Assembly: GCF_963921235.1 (NCBI RefSeq)
Contig: NC_086097.1
Span: forward strand, 125,800,001-125,864,000
Source of the DNA: Mobula hypostoma
Lineage: Eukaryota
Direction of reading: 5' to 3'
DNA: 64,000 bases
The position numbers were made by a program, and so were the translations under genes. Under the pieces are notes generated by a model. It saw nothing but the letters and a program-made list of their open reading frames with translations. It searched no databases and was not told where the DNA came from. Positions 53,901 through 60,957 of this stretch are shown here, one piece after another. Within the stretch, counting starts at the first letter, position 1, and the number at the start of each line of letters is the position of its first letter.

Positions 53901-56900
53901 CTTACCTGGGACAAGCTGCAGTAGCCGGATCTCTGGCAGTGAGTCTGGCTCTGCAGTGCAGAAGGGAGGGTGGAAAAAGAGGAGAGCGGTAGTGATAGGG
54001 GACTCGATAGTTAGAGGTGCAGATAGGAGGCTCCGTGGTCCTGACAGAGAATCCAGGATGGCTTGTTGCCTCCCGGGTGCCAGGGTCAAGGATGTCTCCG
54101 ATTGCTTGCCTGACATTCTGAAGTGGGAGGGTGATCAGCCAGATGTCATGGTGCACATCGGTACCAATGACATAGCAAGGAAGAGTGAGGAGGTCCTGGA
54201 GAGTGAGTATAGGGAGCTTGGTAGGAAGTTGAAAAGCAGGACCTCGAGGGTGGTAATCTCAGGATTGCTACCTGTGCTACATGCCAGTGAGGGTAGGAAT
54301 AGGATGCTCTGGAGGATGAACAAGTGGCTGAGGAACTGGTGCAGGGGGCAGGGTTTCAGATTTCAGGATAATTAAGACCTCTTCTGGGGCAGGTAGGACC
54401 TGTACAAGAGAGACGGGTTACACTTGAACTACCGAGGGACCAATATCCTTTCAGGGAGGTTTGTTAGTGCTATTGGGGAGGCTTTAAACTAGATTTGCAG
54501 GGGGATGGAAACCAGAGTGCCAGAACTGACAGTGCGGCTGGAGTGAAAATAAATGATGTTAAAAGTTCAAGCAAATCCGCTGATAGAAAGGTTGTGAGTG
54601 GTAAAGATCTTCTGAGGTGTATATATTTCAATGCTAGGAGTATTGCGGGGAAGGCGGATGAGTTGAGGGCGTGGATTGACACGTGGAATTATGACGTTAT
54701 AGCAATTAGTGAAACTTGGCTACAGGAAGGGCAGGACTGGCAGCTTAATATTCCAGGGTTCCGATGTTTCGGATGTGATCGAGGCAGAGGAATGAAAGGT
54801 GGGGGAGTAGCATTGCTTGTTAGGGAAAATATTACAGCAGTGCTCAGGCAGGACAGATTAGAGGGCTTGTCTACTGAGTCCTTATGGATGGAGCTGAGAA
54901 ACAGGAAAGGTATGGCCACATTAGTGGGATTGTATTACAGACCACCCAATAGTCAACGAGAATTGGAAGAGCAAATCTGCAGAGAGACAGCAGGCAACTG
55001 CAGGAAACATAAAGTTGTGGTGGCAGGGGATTTTAATTTTCCATATATTGATTGGGACTCCCATACTGTTAGGGGTCTAGATGGTTTAGAGTTTGTAAAA
55101 TGTGTTCAGGAAAGTTTTCTAAATCAATATATAGAGGGACCAACTAGAGGGGATGCAATATTGGATCTCCTGTTAGGAAACGAGTTAGGACAAGTGACAG
55201 AAGTCTGTGTAGGGGAGCACTTTGGTTCCAGTGATCATAACACCATTAGTTTCAACTTGGTCATGGACAAGGATAGATCTGGTCCTACGGTTGAGGTTCT
55301 TAACTGGAAGGCGGCCAAATTTGAAGAAATGAGAAAGGATCTAAAAAGCGTGGATTGGGACAGGTTGTTCTCTGGCAAGGATGTGATCGGTAGGTGGGAA
55401 GCCTTCAAAGGAGAAATCTTGAGTGTGCAGAATTTGTATGTTTCTGTCAGGATTAAAGGCAAAGTGAATAGGAATAAGGAACCTTGGTTCTCAAGGGATA
55501 TTGCAATTCTGATAAAGAAGAAGAGGGAGTTGTATGACATGTATAGGAAGCAGGAAGTAAATAAGGTGCTTGAGGAGTATAGGAAGTGCAAGAAAATACT
55601 TAAGAAAGAAATCAGGAGGGCTAAAAGAAGACATGAGGTTGCCTTCGCAGTCAAAGTGAAGGATAATCCAAAGAGCTTTTACAGGTATATTAAGAGCAAA
55701 AGGATTGTAAGGGATAAAATTGGCTCTCTTGAAGATCAGAGTGGTCGGCTATGTGCGGAACCAAAGGAAGTGGGGGAGATCTTAAATAGGTTTTTTGCGT
55801 CTGTATTTACTAAGGAAACTGGCATGAAGTCTATGGAATTAAGGGAAACAAGTAGTGAGATCATGGAAACTGTACAGATCGAAAAGGAGGAGCTCCTTGC
55901 TGTCTTGGGGAAAATTAAAGTGGATAAACCCCCGGGACCTGACAGGGTGATCCCTCGGACCTTGAAGGAGACTAGTGTTGAAATTGCAGGGGCCCTTGCA
56001 GAAATATTTAAAATGTCGCTGTCTACAGGTGAGGTGCCGGAGGATTGAAGAGTGGCTCATGTTGTTCCGTTATTTAAAAAAGGATCGAAAAGTAATCCGG
56101 GAAATTATAGGCTGGTAAGTTTAACGTCAGTAGTAGGTAAGTTATTGGAGGGAGTACTAAGAGACAGAATCTACAAGCATTTGGATAGACAGGGACTTAT
56201 TAGGGAGAGTCAACATGGCTTTCTGCGTGGCAGGTCATGTTTGACCAATCTATTGGAGTTTTTCGAGGAGACCTGTGACTAGTGGTGTGCCACAGGGATC
56301 AGTGCTGGGTCCATTGTTATTTGTCATCTATATCAATGATCTGGATGATAATGTGGTAAATTGGATCAGCAAATTTGTTGATGATACAAAGATTGGAGGT
56401 GTAGTAGACAGTGAGGAAGGTTTTCAGAGCCTGCAGAGGGACTTGGACCAGCTGGAAAAATGGGCTGAAAAATAGCAGATGGAGTTTAATACAGACAAGT
56501 GTGAGGTATTGCACGTTGGAAGGACAAACCAAGGTAGAACGTACAGGGTTAATGGTAAGGCACTGAGGAGTGCAGTGGAACAGAGGGATCTGGGAACACA
56601 GATACAAAATTCCCTAAAAGTAGCATCACAGGTAGATAGGGTTGTAAAGAGAGCTTTTGGTACATTGGCCTTTATTAATCGAAGTATTGAGTATAAGAGC
56701 TGGAATGTTATGATGAGGTTGTATAAGGCATCGGTGAGGCCGAATCTGGAGTATTGTGTTCAGTTTTGGTCACCAAATTACAGAAAGGATATTAATAAGG
56801 TTGAAAGGGTGCAGAGAAGGTTTATAAGGATGTTGCCGGGACTTGAGAAACTCAGTTACAGAGAAAGGTTGAATAGGTTAGGACTTTATTCCCTGGAGCG

Positions 56901-58673
56901 TAGAAGAATGAGGGGAGATTTGATAGAGGTATATAAAATTATGATGGGTATAGATAGAGTGAATGCAAGCAGGCCTTTTCCACTGAGGCAAGGGGAGAAA
57001 AAAACCAGAGGACATGGGTTAAGGGTGAGGGGGGAAAAGTTTAAAGGGAACATTAGGCGGGGGCTTCTTCACACAGAGAGTGGTGGGAGTATGGAATGAG
57101 CTGCCAGATGAGGTGGTAAATGCAGGTTCTTTATTAACATTTAAGAATAAATTGGACAGATACATGGATGGGAGGTGTATGGAGGATATGGTCAGTGTGC
57201 AGGTCAGTGGGACTAGGCAGAAAATGGTTCGGCACAGCCAAGAAGGGCCAAAAGGCCTGTTTCTGTGCTGTAGTTTCTATGGTTTCTATGGTAAATGTAA
57301 AGCTTTTCCTCCTTGAACTGATTCTGATTATCCGATATTTGGAAACAATGAAAAGGCATCTCACACCTTATGTTGTCAGATGGCCAAAAAGTCCATTGCA
57401 GGACTGTTTCCACCACATATGGACCAGTTGCCATTCACTGTTCTACCTTGTGGGATGACCACTGAAACATTAGTGTACGTTGGGAACTATATAGCATGTG
57501 GGCTGAGTCCAGTTCAGTCCACCCAGATTTTTCTCCTCAATTTGTCTCCAAGAGAACGTAGTTAAAATGTCAGTATACACAAGGTTAATGTCAATAAATT
57601 TTTCAGCATTTGTACAATGAATGTGCTGGCAACAAAGGGGAATATTTTGCCTTCTCAACACGATTAAATGCTCTTTTTGTATTAAGGAAACCTGTTCTGT
57701 CCATCAACTGCAAAGAATGCTTGTTTATAAGTACATATCAATACTGGATGAAACTTCTATTTTATTACAGCAAACAATAAACCACTTGCAGGTAAGATTA
57801 CATCAATTTATATAGCTTCAAAGGAGAATCTTATATTTAACGAATTACTTTCTCATACATCTGGAAAATCTAACCTGGATCAATTGCAGGTGGATCTGGT
57901 GCCCAGCTAAGTGGTGCAATAGGAGGAGAGACTGGATCCTGATGGTCACTGGACGAAGCACCAGACTCATGGCGTCCTAAGCCAGCAGCTCGTAGTGAGC
58001 GTCGCATCATCTCACGTAATCTTAAACTTGGAGAAATTAATTTAAAATACATTATTCTGAGAGAGCCTGGGTGTGGGGGAAAGAGGAAAGGGAGAGCTGA
58101 GAAGGAGAAACTAAATTTCTTTAGTGAGTTACTATGATTGTTGGAGGCATCTGACATCATGTCACCTGGGTTTGCCAACTGTGAACCAATTGACTACCTT
58201 TCACTCCAATTCAGCTAGGTATTTATTAATTTTCTAACCAGATCTTCATAGCTTCAGATATCAACATGCTGACACAAAAATGCCTTTTCCAATTTTCTGG
58301 AAATTGACATAAATATCTTATTCATTTTAATCACTAAAATTTCAATTAAAATATTTACTATTTAATAACTAACTCTTCAATTACACCACTCCTGAGCTGA
58401 ATGGGAATAATTTACCAAAATTCTTCACCCCATTCTCCCATGTCAAATGCATGCAGTTTTGAACCCCATTTTATAGCAAGAAAATTGGGTGTTACATTTA
58501 GATAATTGGCACAAAATTAACACCCAAAAGAATTGTTTATACCTACCTACGACTGCTAGATGGTCCACTTCTGTTACCACTATTATTACTGGACACCACC
58601 GATATTGCATTTGCGATGGCCTCAACTGCTGACAATCTCTCTGCAAAGGTGTTCCTCTCAGAGCGCTCTGCTT
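2793..58673 (-). CDS. UBR5: UBR5 E3 ubiquitin-protein ligase, internal multi-exon portion (23 exons; gene continues beyond both window ends)
   Basis: Spliced minus-strand translation matches vertebrate UBR5 as I recall it (e.g. [88 protein letters not shown]). All junction phases are compatible, with no stops. Confidence 0.98.
3070..3242 (-). CDS. UBR5: UBR5 exon (173 nt): [57 protein letters not shown]
   Basis: tctttcag acceptor; CAG|GTAAAC donor. Confidence 0.95.
3886..3965. mobile_element. 80-bp hAT/Charlie-type MITE
   Basis: TIRs cagaggttcccaacc / ggttgggaacccctg; 8-bp TSD ccctacac / ccgtacac. Confidence 0.85.
4317..5067 (-). mobile_element. Young 5'-truncated CR1 LINE (ORF2 C-terminus open for 211 aa), nested in an older CR1 3' fragment
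   Basis: [19 protein letters not shown]...[10 protein letters not shown] motifs; (TTCTATGT)n 3' tail; older CR1 sequence continues on both sides (about 4270-4316 and 5068-5180). Confidence 0.93.
5780..6400 (+). mobile_element. Old CR1 3' fragment
   Basis: Degenerate [26 protein letters not shown] remnants. Confidence 0.75.
6490..6890 (+). mobile_element. Rex1/Babar-like LINE 3' fragment
   Basis: [28 protein letters not shown] C-terminal remnant and a 3' UTR shared with other copies in the window. Confidence 0.65.
6965..7038 (-). CDS. UBR5: UBR5 exon (74 nt): [24 protein letters not shown]
   Basis: gttgcag acceptor; A|GTAAGT donor. Confidence 0.95.
7262..7535 (-). mobile_element. V-SINE (HE1-like)
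   Basis: V-domain GGGTTTCCTCCAGATGCTCCGGTTTCTTCCCACAGTCCATAGA on the minus strand; tRNA head with GGTTCAATTCCC B-box. Confidence 0.8.
8965..10267 (-). mobile_element. Tc1-family DNA transposon, internally deleted and defective
   Basis: TA flanks; about 130-bp near-identical TIRs starting CAAACCCCATTTCCAGAAAAGTTGGGA; transposase motifs [14 protein letters not shown] and (after a frameshift) [15 protein letters not shown], giving DD34E spacing. Confidence 0.95.
10722..10952 (-). CDS. UBR5: UBR5 exon (231 nt): [35 protein letters not shown]...TPQLDRK
   Basis: ctgtccag acceptor; CG|GTACTT donor. Confidence 0.96.
11560..12545 (+). mobile_element. Rex1/Babar-like LINE fragment (RT end to 3' UTR)
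   Basis: LNTGA, YKFADD and [12 protein letters not shown] remnants. Confidence 0.75.
12899..13110 (-). CDS. UBR5: UBR5 exon (212 nt): [31 protein letters not shown]...SLRTLEGR
   Basis: ttctacag acceptor; AG|GTGAGT donor. Confidence 0.96.
13680..14172 (+). mobile_element. Rex1/Babar-like LINE 3' end, relatively young
   Basis: Open [16 protein letters not shown]...DNVSHPLH...[24 protein letters not shown] followed by (TATGAC)n tail. Confidence 0.85.
14430..14755 (-). mobile_element. CR1 3' fragment
   Basis: [13 protein letters not shown] coding and 3' UTR on the minus strand. Confidence 0.7.
15643..15911 (-). CDS. UBR5: UBR5 exon (269 nt): [33 protein letters not shown]...YQDAINLQ
   Basis: ttttccag acceptor; CAG|GTTTGT donor. 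Confidence 0.96.
16010..16185. repeat. Penelope-like terminal repeat in inverted (fold-back) arrangement
   Basis: ttctgcagatgctagaaa...gcagcatctatggagaggaataaac..., then a reverse-complement arm gaagggtcttggccc...tctccatagat. Confidence 0.75.
16414..16671 (-). CDS. UBR5: UBR5 exon (258 nt): [30 protein letters not shown]...RSMQWAVR...STPA
   Basis: accag acceptor; G|GTAAGT donor; 85 codons. The ORF track shows a different frame here. Confidence 0.95.
16972..18471 (-). mobile_element. Degenerate Tc1 transposon with long IR/DR-type TIRs
   Basis: Left aagaaaaagtttgtgaac..ttacctggttttctgc matches right gcagaaaaccaggtaa..gttcacaaactttttcttgcaactg-TA; remnants [27 protein letters not shown] and QQDND. 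Confidence 0.88.
18761..18892 (-). CDS. UBR5: UBR5 exon (132 nt): [43 protein letters not shown]
   Basis: tatttag acceptor; G|GTGAGT donor. Confidence 0.96.
19490..21645 (+). mobile_element. Degenerate CR1 LINE ORF2 (endonuclease end through RT to 3' UTR)
   Basis: [23 protein letters not shown] and INDLDDG remnants; 242-aa C-terminal ORF; multiple stops and frameshifts. Confidence 0.93.
21650..21885 (+). mobile_element. V-SINE fragment
   Basis: gctgtctgtaaagagttgta...cctcccacattccaaagaca and the tail shared with other V-SINE copies. Confidence 0.6.
22050..22198. repeat. Penelope-like terminal repeat with short inverted arm
   Basis: Same family as the copies at 16010, 43353 and 47170. Confidence 0.7.
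23243..23354 (-). CDS. UBR5: UBR5 exon (112 nt): [37 protein letters not shown]
   Basis: ttcaag acceptor; G|GTATGG donor; acidic/His-rich segment. Confidence 0.95.
23845..24700 (+). mobile_element. Rex1/Babar-like LINE fragment
   Basis: [21 protein letters not shown] and [10 protein letters not shown] remnants. Confidence 0.8.
25650..26615 (-). mobile_element. Rex1/Babar-like LINE fragment ending about 45 nt from a UBR5 exon
   Basis: [17 protein letters not shown] and [12 protein letters not shown] remnants on the minus strand. Confidence 0.8.
26660..26783 (-). CDS. UBR5: UBR5 exon (124 nt): [41 protein letters not shown]
   Basis: ttttgcag acceptor after an 86-nt intron; GAG|GTAATG donor. 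Confidence 0.96.
26870..27109 (-). CDS. UBR5: UBR5 exon (240 nt): [39 protein letters not shown]...QSSDQSS
   Basis: ttttgtag acceptor; AG|GTAATT donor. Confidence 0.96.
27565..27725 (-). CDS. UBR5: UBR5 exon (161 nt): [53 protein letters not shown]
   Basis: ttttgaag acceptor; AA|GTAAGA donor. Confidence 0.95.
28020..28320 (+). mobile_element. CR1 3' fragment
   Basis: [20 protein letters not shown] remnants and 3' UTR. Confidence 0.7.
28348..28477 (-). CDS. UBR5: UBR5 exon (130 nt): [43 protein letters not shown]
   Basis: ttttag acceptor after an 85-nt intron; CTG|GTAAGT donor. Confidence 0.96.
28563..28689 (-). CDS. UBR5: UBR5 exon (127 nt): [41 protein letters not shown]
   Basis: ttcacag acceptor; CC|GTAAGT donor. 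Confidence 0.96.
31178..31296 (-). CDS. UBR5: UBR5 exon (119 nt): [39 protein letters not shown]
   Basis: tttacag acceptor; G|GTCAGT donor. Confidence 0.95.
32325..32550 (-). mobile_element. V-SINE (HE1-like)
   Basis: GGGTTTCCTCCCACATTCCAAAGA V-domain remnant; tRNA-like head. Confidence 0.7.
33735..34130 (-). mobile_element. Penelope-like element 3' region (pyrimidine-rich tract and terminal repeat)
   Basis: Reverse complement resembles 46900-47270 and 50925-51390. Confidence 0.7.
35124..35270 (-). CDS. UBR5: UBR5 exon (147 nt): [48 protein letters not shown] (end of UBR-box)
   Basis: ccttcag acceptor; non-canonical AG|GCAAGT donor required by frame. Confidence 0.94.
35561..35652 (-). CDS. 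UBR5: UBR5 exon (92 nt): [30 protein letters not shown] (UBR-box zinc-finger core)
   Basis: tgtgcag acceptor; AA|GTGAGT donor; Cys/His pattern of the UBR-box. Not in the ORF track. Confidence 0.96.
35815..36105 (-). mobile_element. V-SINE (HE1-like)
   Basis: GGGTTTTCCTCCAGGTGCGTTGATTTCCTCTC V-domain variant; ...AAATAAAGCTAATCTTT tail. Confidence 0.7.
37262..37771. mobile_element. PIF/Harbinger-type MITE (510 bp), CpG-rich
   Basis: 29-bp TIRs AGCCTGATTTATACTTCTGCGT(T/C)AACTCG (28/29 match); TTA TSD on both sides. Confidence 0.9.
38339..38892. mobile_element. Tigger/pogo-type non-autonomous element (Tigger3/Golem-like ends)
   Basis: TA flanks; TIRs caggtatgtgttgcttaatgtcca / tggacattaagcggcacacacctc; left end resembles Tigger3 as I recall it. 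Confidence 0.75.
38930..39075 (-). CDS. UBR5: UBR5 exon (146 nt): [48 protein letters not shown] (start of UBR-box)
   Basis: cctttag acceptor; CAG|GTACTT donor. Confidence 0.95.
39146..39700. mobile_element. Tc1-derived non-autonomous element
   Basis: TA-cactcagtggccactttattag left end; degenerate ...tacataacaaactggccactaat right end. Confidence 0.65.
40880..40977 (-). CDS. UBR5: UBR5 exon (98 nt): [32 protein letters not shown]
   Basis: ttttcag acceptor; G|GTAACT donor. Confidence 0.95.
41440..43146 (-). mobile_element. Degenerate Tc1 transposon (third family) with a Penelope-terminal insertion in its right TIR
   Basis: Ends agtgtctataaaaagtatt / aatactttttaaagacactg-TA; inner DR aagtattcacccc; remnants [24 protein letters not shown]; insertion at about 42897-43022. 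Confidence 0.85.
43353..43526. repeat. Penelope-terminal fold-back insertion (about 70-bp stem) with 14-bp TSD, inside a Rex1-like 3' UTR
   Basis: Arms 43380-43450 and 43460-43529; TSD tgctgcaaaacata at 43339-43352 and 43527-43540. Confidence 0.85.
43797..44470 (-). mobile_element. Rex1/Babar-like LINE 3' fragment
   Basis: [46 protein letters not shown]. Confidence 0.85.
44518..44641 (-). CDS. UBR5: UBR5 exon (124 nt): [40 protein letters not shown]
   Basis: ttttgcag acceptor; AA|GTAAGT donor. Confidence 0.95.
46527..46568. repeat. (TA)n/(CA)n microsatellite
   Basis: tatatatatacacacacacatacatatacacacacacacaca. Confidence 0.9.
46695..47270 (+). mobile_element. Penelope-like retroelement 3' portion: GIY-YIG endonuclease C-terminus and terminal repeat
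   Basis: [36 protein letters not shown] matches the PLE GIY-YIG end (HF..H...E..I..L....P.G.N). Confidence 0.88.
47171..47207 (+). ncRNA. Minimal type I hammerhead ribozyme motif (Penelope-associated), slightly decayed
   Basis: agtc-CTGATGA-a-gggt/ctcg/gccc-GAAA-t-GTC-aactg: conserved cores, stem II and GUC cleavage triplet. Confidence 0.7.
47334..47429 (-). CDS. UBR5: UBR5 exon (96 nt): [31 protein letters not shown]
   Basis: ttgaaag acceptor; G|GTGAAG donor; frame continues from the previous exon. Confidence 0.93.
48600..48780 (+). mobile_element. Old DeuSINE (SacSINE1/AmnSINE1-like) relic
   Basis: ctctcagttggacataaaagctcccctatcactat..gtgtcttgactaat resembles the Deu-domain as I recall it. 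Confidence 0.5.
49170..50025 (+). mobile_element. Rex1/Babar-like LINE fragment
   Basis: [18 protein letters not shown] and [18 protein letters not shown] remnants. Confidence 0.75.
50925..51390 (+). mobile_element. Penelope-like element 3' region with decayed hammerhead motif
   Basis: GDLQPEGMN end of GIY-YIG, pyrimidine tract, then cagtctgaatgtaaggtcttgttcgaaatgtcgactg. Confidence 0.75.
53075..53290 (+). mobile_element. Old DeuSINE relic
   Basis: gatgaggtattaag..ttctgaggtgcacataaaa..ggtgtcccagtcaata..gtgcaaattggctgctgcatttccta..gcactttgg. Confidence 0.55.
53631..57292 (+). mobile_element. Near full-length young CR1 LINE: ORF1 (Cys/coiled-coil plus SGNH esterase-like) and ORF2 (AP endonuclease-RT); defective
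   Basis: ORF1 [28 protein letters not shown]2 open for 517 aa (YFNARS, ISETWL, GDFN, SDHN); stops at 56046 and 56473; RT deletion at about 56270; (TTCTATGGT)n tail. Confidence 0.96.
57875..58026 (-). CDS. UBR5: UBR5 exon (152 nt): [20 protein letters not shown]...PDPPAIDP
   Basis: tttctccaag acceptor; G|GTTAGA donor. Confidence 0.95.
58547..58673 (-). CDS. UBR5: UBR5 exon (127 nt): [41 protein letters not shown]
   Basis: cccacag acceptor; AG|GTAGGT donor. Confidence 0.93.
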
Positions 58674-58799
58674 CTGTGGGACAAAGGCATTTGGTCTCAA
58701 AAAAAAACGATTCCAGAAGGAATACAAATTCAAACCTCAAAGAATCCCACAGAAAATCTGATGCAAGTTTCTTAAAACCTACTTATTTCATTTAAAATA

Positions 58800-59541
58800 C
58801 AAAGAATTCTGATTAATTGGGACACATCAGAAGTAGTACATTTTAGCTCAGGTAAGCAACTACCCTAATTAGCCAGTTTGATGGAAGTAGTTAAAATCAT
58901 ATAAAAAAGACAAACTACCATTTGAGTAACAAATTATATATTTAAATGAAATACAGAATTAGAACACTACCAATACCATTACAGTACTATAAAATTGTGC
59001 ATTACATCCTAATAGTTATTGAATGAGGAATTCATCCAGTGGTACACTGCCATGTTCTTCTGATTGACTGTAAGTGAATGAAACCAGCCAAATAATGGGT
59101 TGCCTACAGACAATTCTTTCAATGATTGCATCCTCCAAATCTTCATTTTTGTTATAACATCCAAGATGATTGTCGATATTTCCAAATTTTTCATCTTTCC
59201 TAATGAAGTAGTGAAGTAGTTTAATTTTTACTCGTCTTACTGCTTATTTCTTGCCAACGATCGGTGACAAAAGTCACTACTTTTCAACACAAACACATGC
59301 AACTAAGGCTATTTAAAAACTATTTGCAATAAGCACAGTGCATGTCTAACGTCCACAAGTGCATGTGACTGACACTAGTTAGAAACTGTTCAGCAACAGT
59401 CTCCTGTCCCAATTAAGCAGCATAGTGTCGCAAATAAACTAAGGGAATCCCAGCTATTTTCTCAGTTTTTGTTCATTAAGAGTGGTCCCAAATGAGCAGC
59501 TGCCCCGATTAACTGATAGTCCAAATAAATGCAATCCACTG
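58800..59541. mobile_element. Probable Tc1/mariner/pogo-derived non-autonomous element
   Basis: Degenerate inverted ends (gaattctgattaattgggac / tccaaataaatgcaatccactg) with repeated internal cccaattaa/ccgattaac motifs. Confidence 0.5.
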
Positions 59542-59754
59542 AAACTTCTTTTAATAAATTTTTCAAAAAAAATTCTTTACACCCATCCTAAACTTCCTCC
59601 CATTAAAAAATAGAATAGTTTTTCCCAAAGATTTTGTCCTGCACTATAATCAGCTCCTTTGGCGAATCAGTAGAGCATTTTAGACACACTTTTTGGATTC
59701 TTGAATAACTTAAAATTTTCACTTTACTCAAATTAAACATAATCAAAGACACCA

Positions 59755-60090
59755 GTGACATTCACCCACTGTGCATCAGGCAGAAGATACAAAAGCCTGA
59801 AAGCACATACCACGAGGCTCAATGACAACTTCGGTCTAAAACTCTTGAATGGAACTCCTATAAAATGGGAAGGCCTCTACCTCACAATCCATATCTTCAT
59901 GGCCTTGCATCTTATTAGCCACCTACACTGTACTTTCTGTGTAACTGCAACACTTTACATTTTATCACTGTTTTCCCCTTATTCTACCTCAATGTACTAA
60001 GGTAATGAAATGTTCTGTATTTTGGGCATGCCAAATAAATTTTATCACTGTAGCTCAACACATATAACAATAACAAGCCAATTTACCAAA
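59755..60090 (+). mobile_element. Rex1/Babar-like 3' end
   Basis: SGRRYKSLKAHTTRLNDNF and the shared 3' UTR. Confidence 0.7.
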
Positions 60091-60684
60091 ACCATGAAAT
60101 TTCAGATTTGCTGGAAAACATATTTCAAAATAAAAGCTTTTGGAATACTCTCTCAAGCCAAGTCTAGCAAACTGGCATAAGACTCTTTGTACTGGTCAAG
60201 GAAAATAACTAAATTTGAGCAAGACAAAGTCCAGGTTAACTTCAAAAGTTACAGCAATTGAAAATGATTAACTCAGAAGGTGCAGCATCTCATGAGCAGC
60301 TACTCTATTACAACACTCTGGAAAATGTTTCAATGAGATCGCAACTGCAGCATATGGATCCCATTTCCTGCTTGACGTACTACTCCAGCTTCACCAAATC
60401 AAAATACATGTAGACTGCAAATGTTTATTGTAGCTTCACATTTTGTTACTGTTTATCTGATGGATATCTTGACGTGATTTAAAATGAATGTCTGTACATT
60501 TCAAGTTTTGAACATTTTAACGATTTTAATCTAACTACTGTATATGACCCACTTCAGGGCATTCTATATTGAGTTAAAGAGTAGCCTTTCAAGGATCAAA
60601 GTTGCCGGGTGGTGAGGCTCATTGGACTGGAAGGGCCTGTTCCTCGCGGTATCTTTAAACAAAATAGATAAAATAAAATGGGAT

Positions 60685-60957
60685 TTAGGTGAACAACTCC
60701 ATCGTGGACAGTCCCAAGCCTGGCTGTGAAAGGAGGAGGGTTGAGCATGAGGCTGGCAACCTCATCCTATAAAAACCCAGAGCTACAGAAATATTAGAAG
60801 TTTCAAAACCCTTATTTCTGGAAGAGGAAGGATCTTCAGCTGGAAGACATATGAAGTCATATGGTGAAAGCAGAAGCTACAGGGCCATCAACCTTCAGTC
60901 CAGGGCAAGGAACTCTGGCAAGTTGCTGTCAGTAGGGGTGATGGGCTTAAGAAGAAC
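60685..60957 (+). mobile_element. Short RTE-derived non-autonomous element headed by a twister-like motif
   Basis: GTCCCAAGCCTGG..AAAGGAGGAGGGTTG followed by atgaggct/aacctcat hairpin and TAAAAA; ends ggcttaagaagaa. Confidence 0.6.
60688..60746 (+). ncRNA. Twister (P1-type) ribozyme-like motif, degenerate
   Basis: C-AA-CTCC (P2) ... CAG-TCCCAAGC-CTG (P4/L4) ... GGAG (P2') GAGGG TTGAGC. Confidence 0.6.

Noticed and set aside
54495..56048. 517-aa ORF as a domesticated host gene
   Set aside because: It is ordinary CR1 ORF2 cut by a stop, with further stops and a deletion downstream, which fits a young dead copy.
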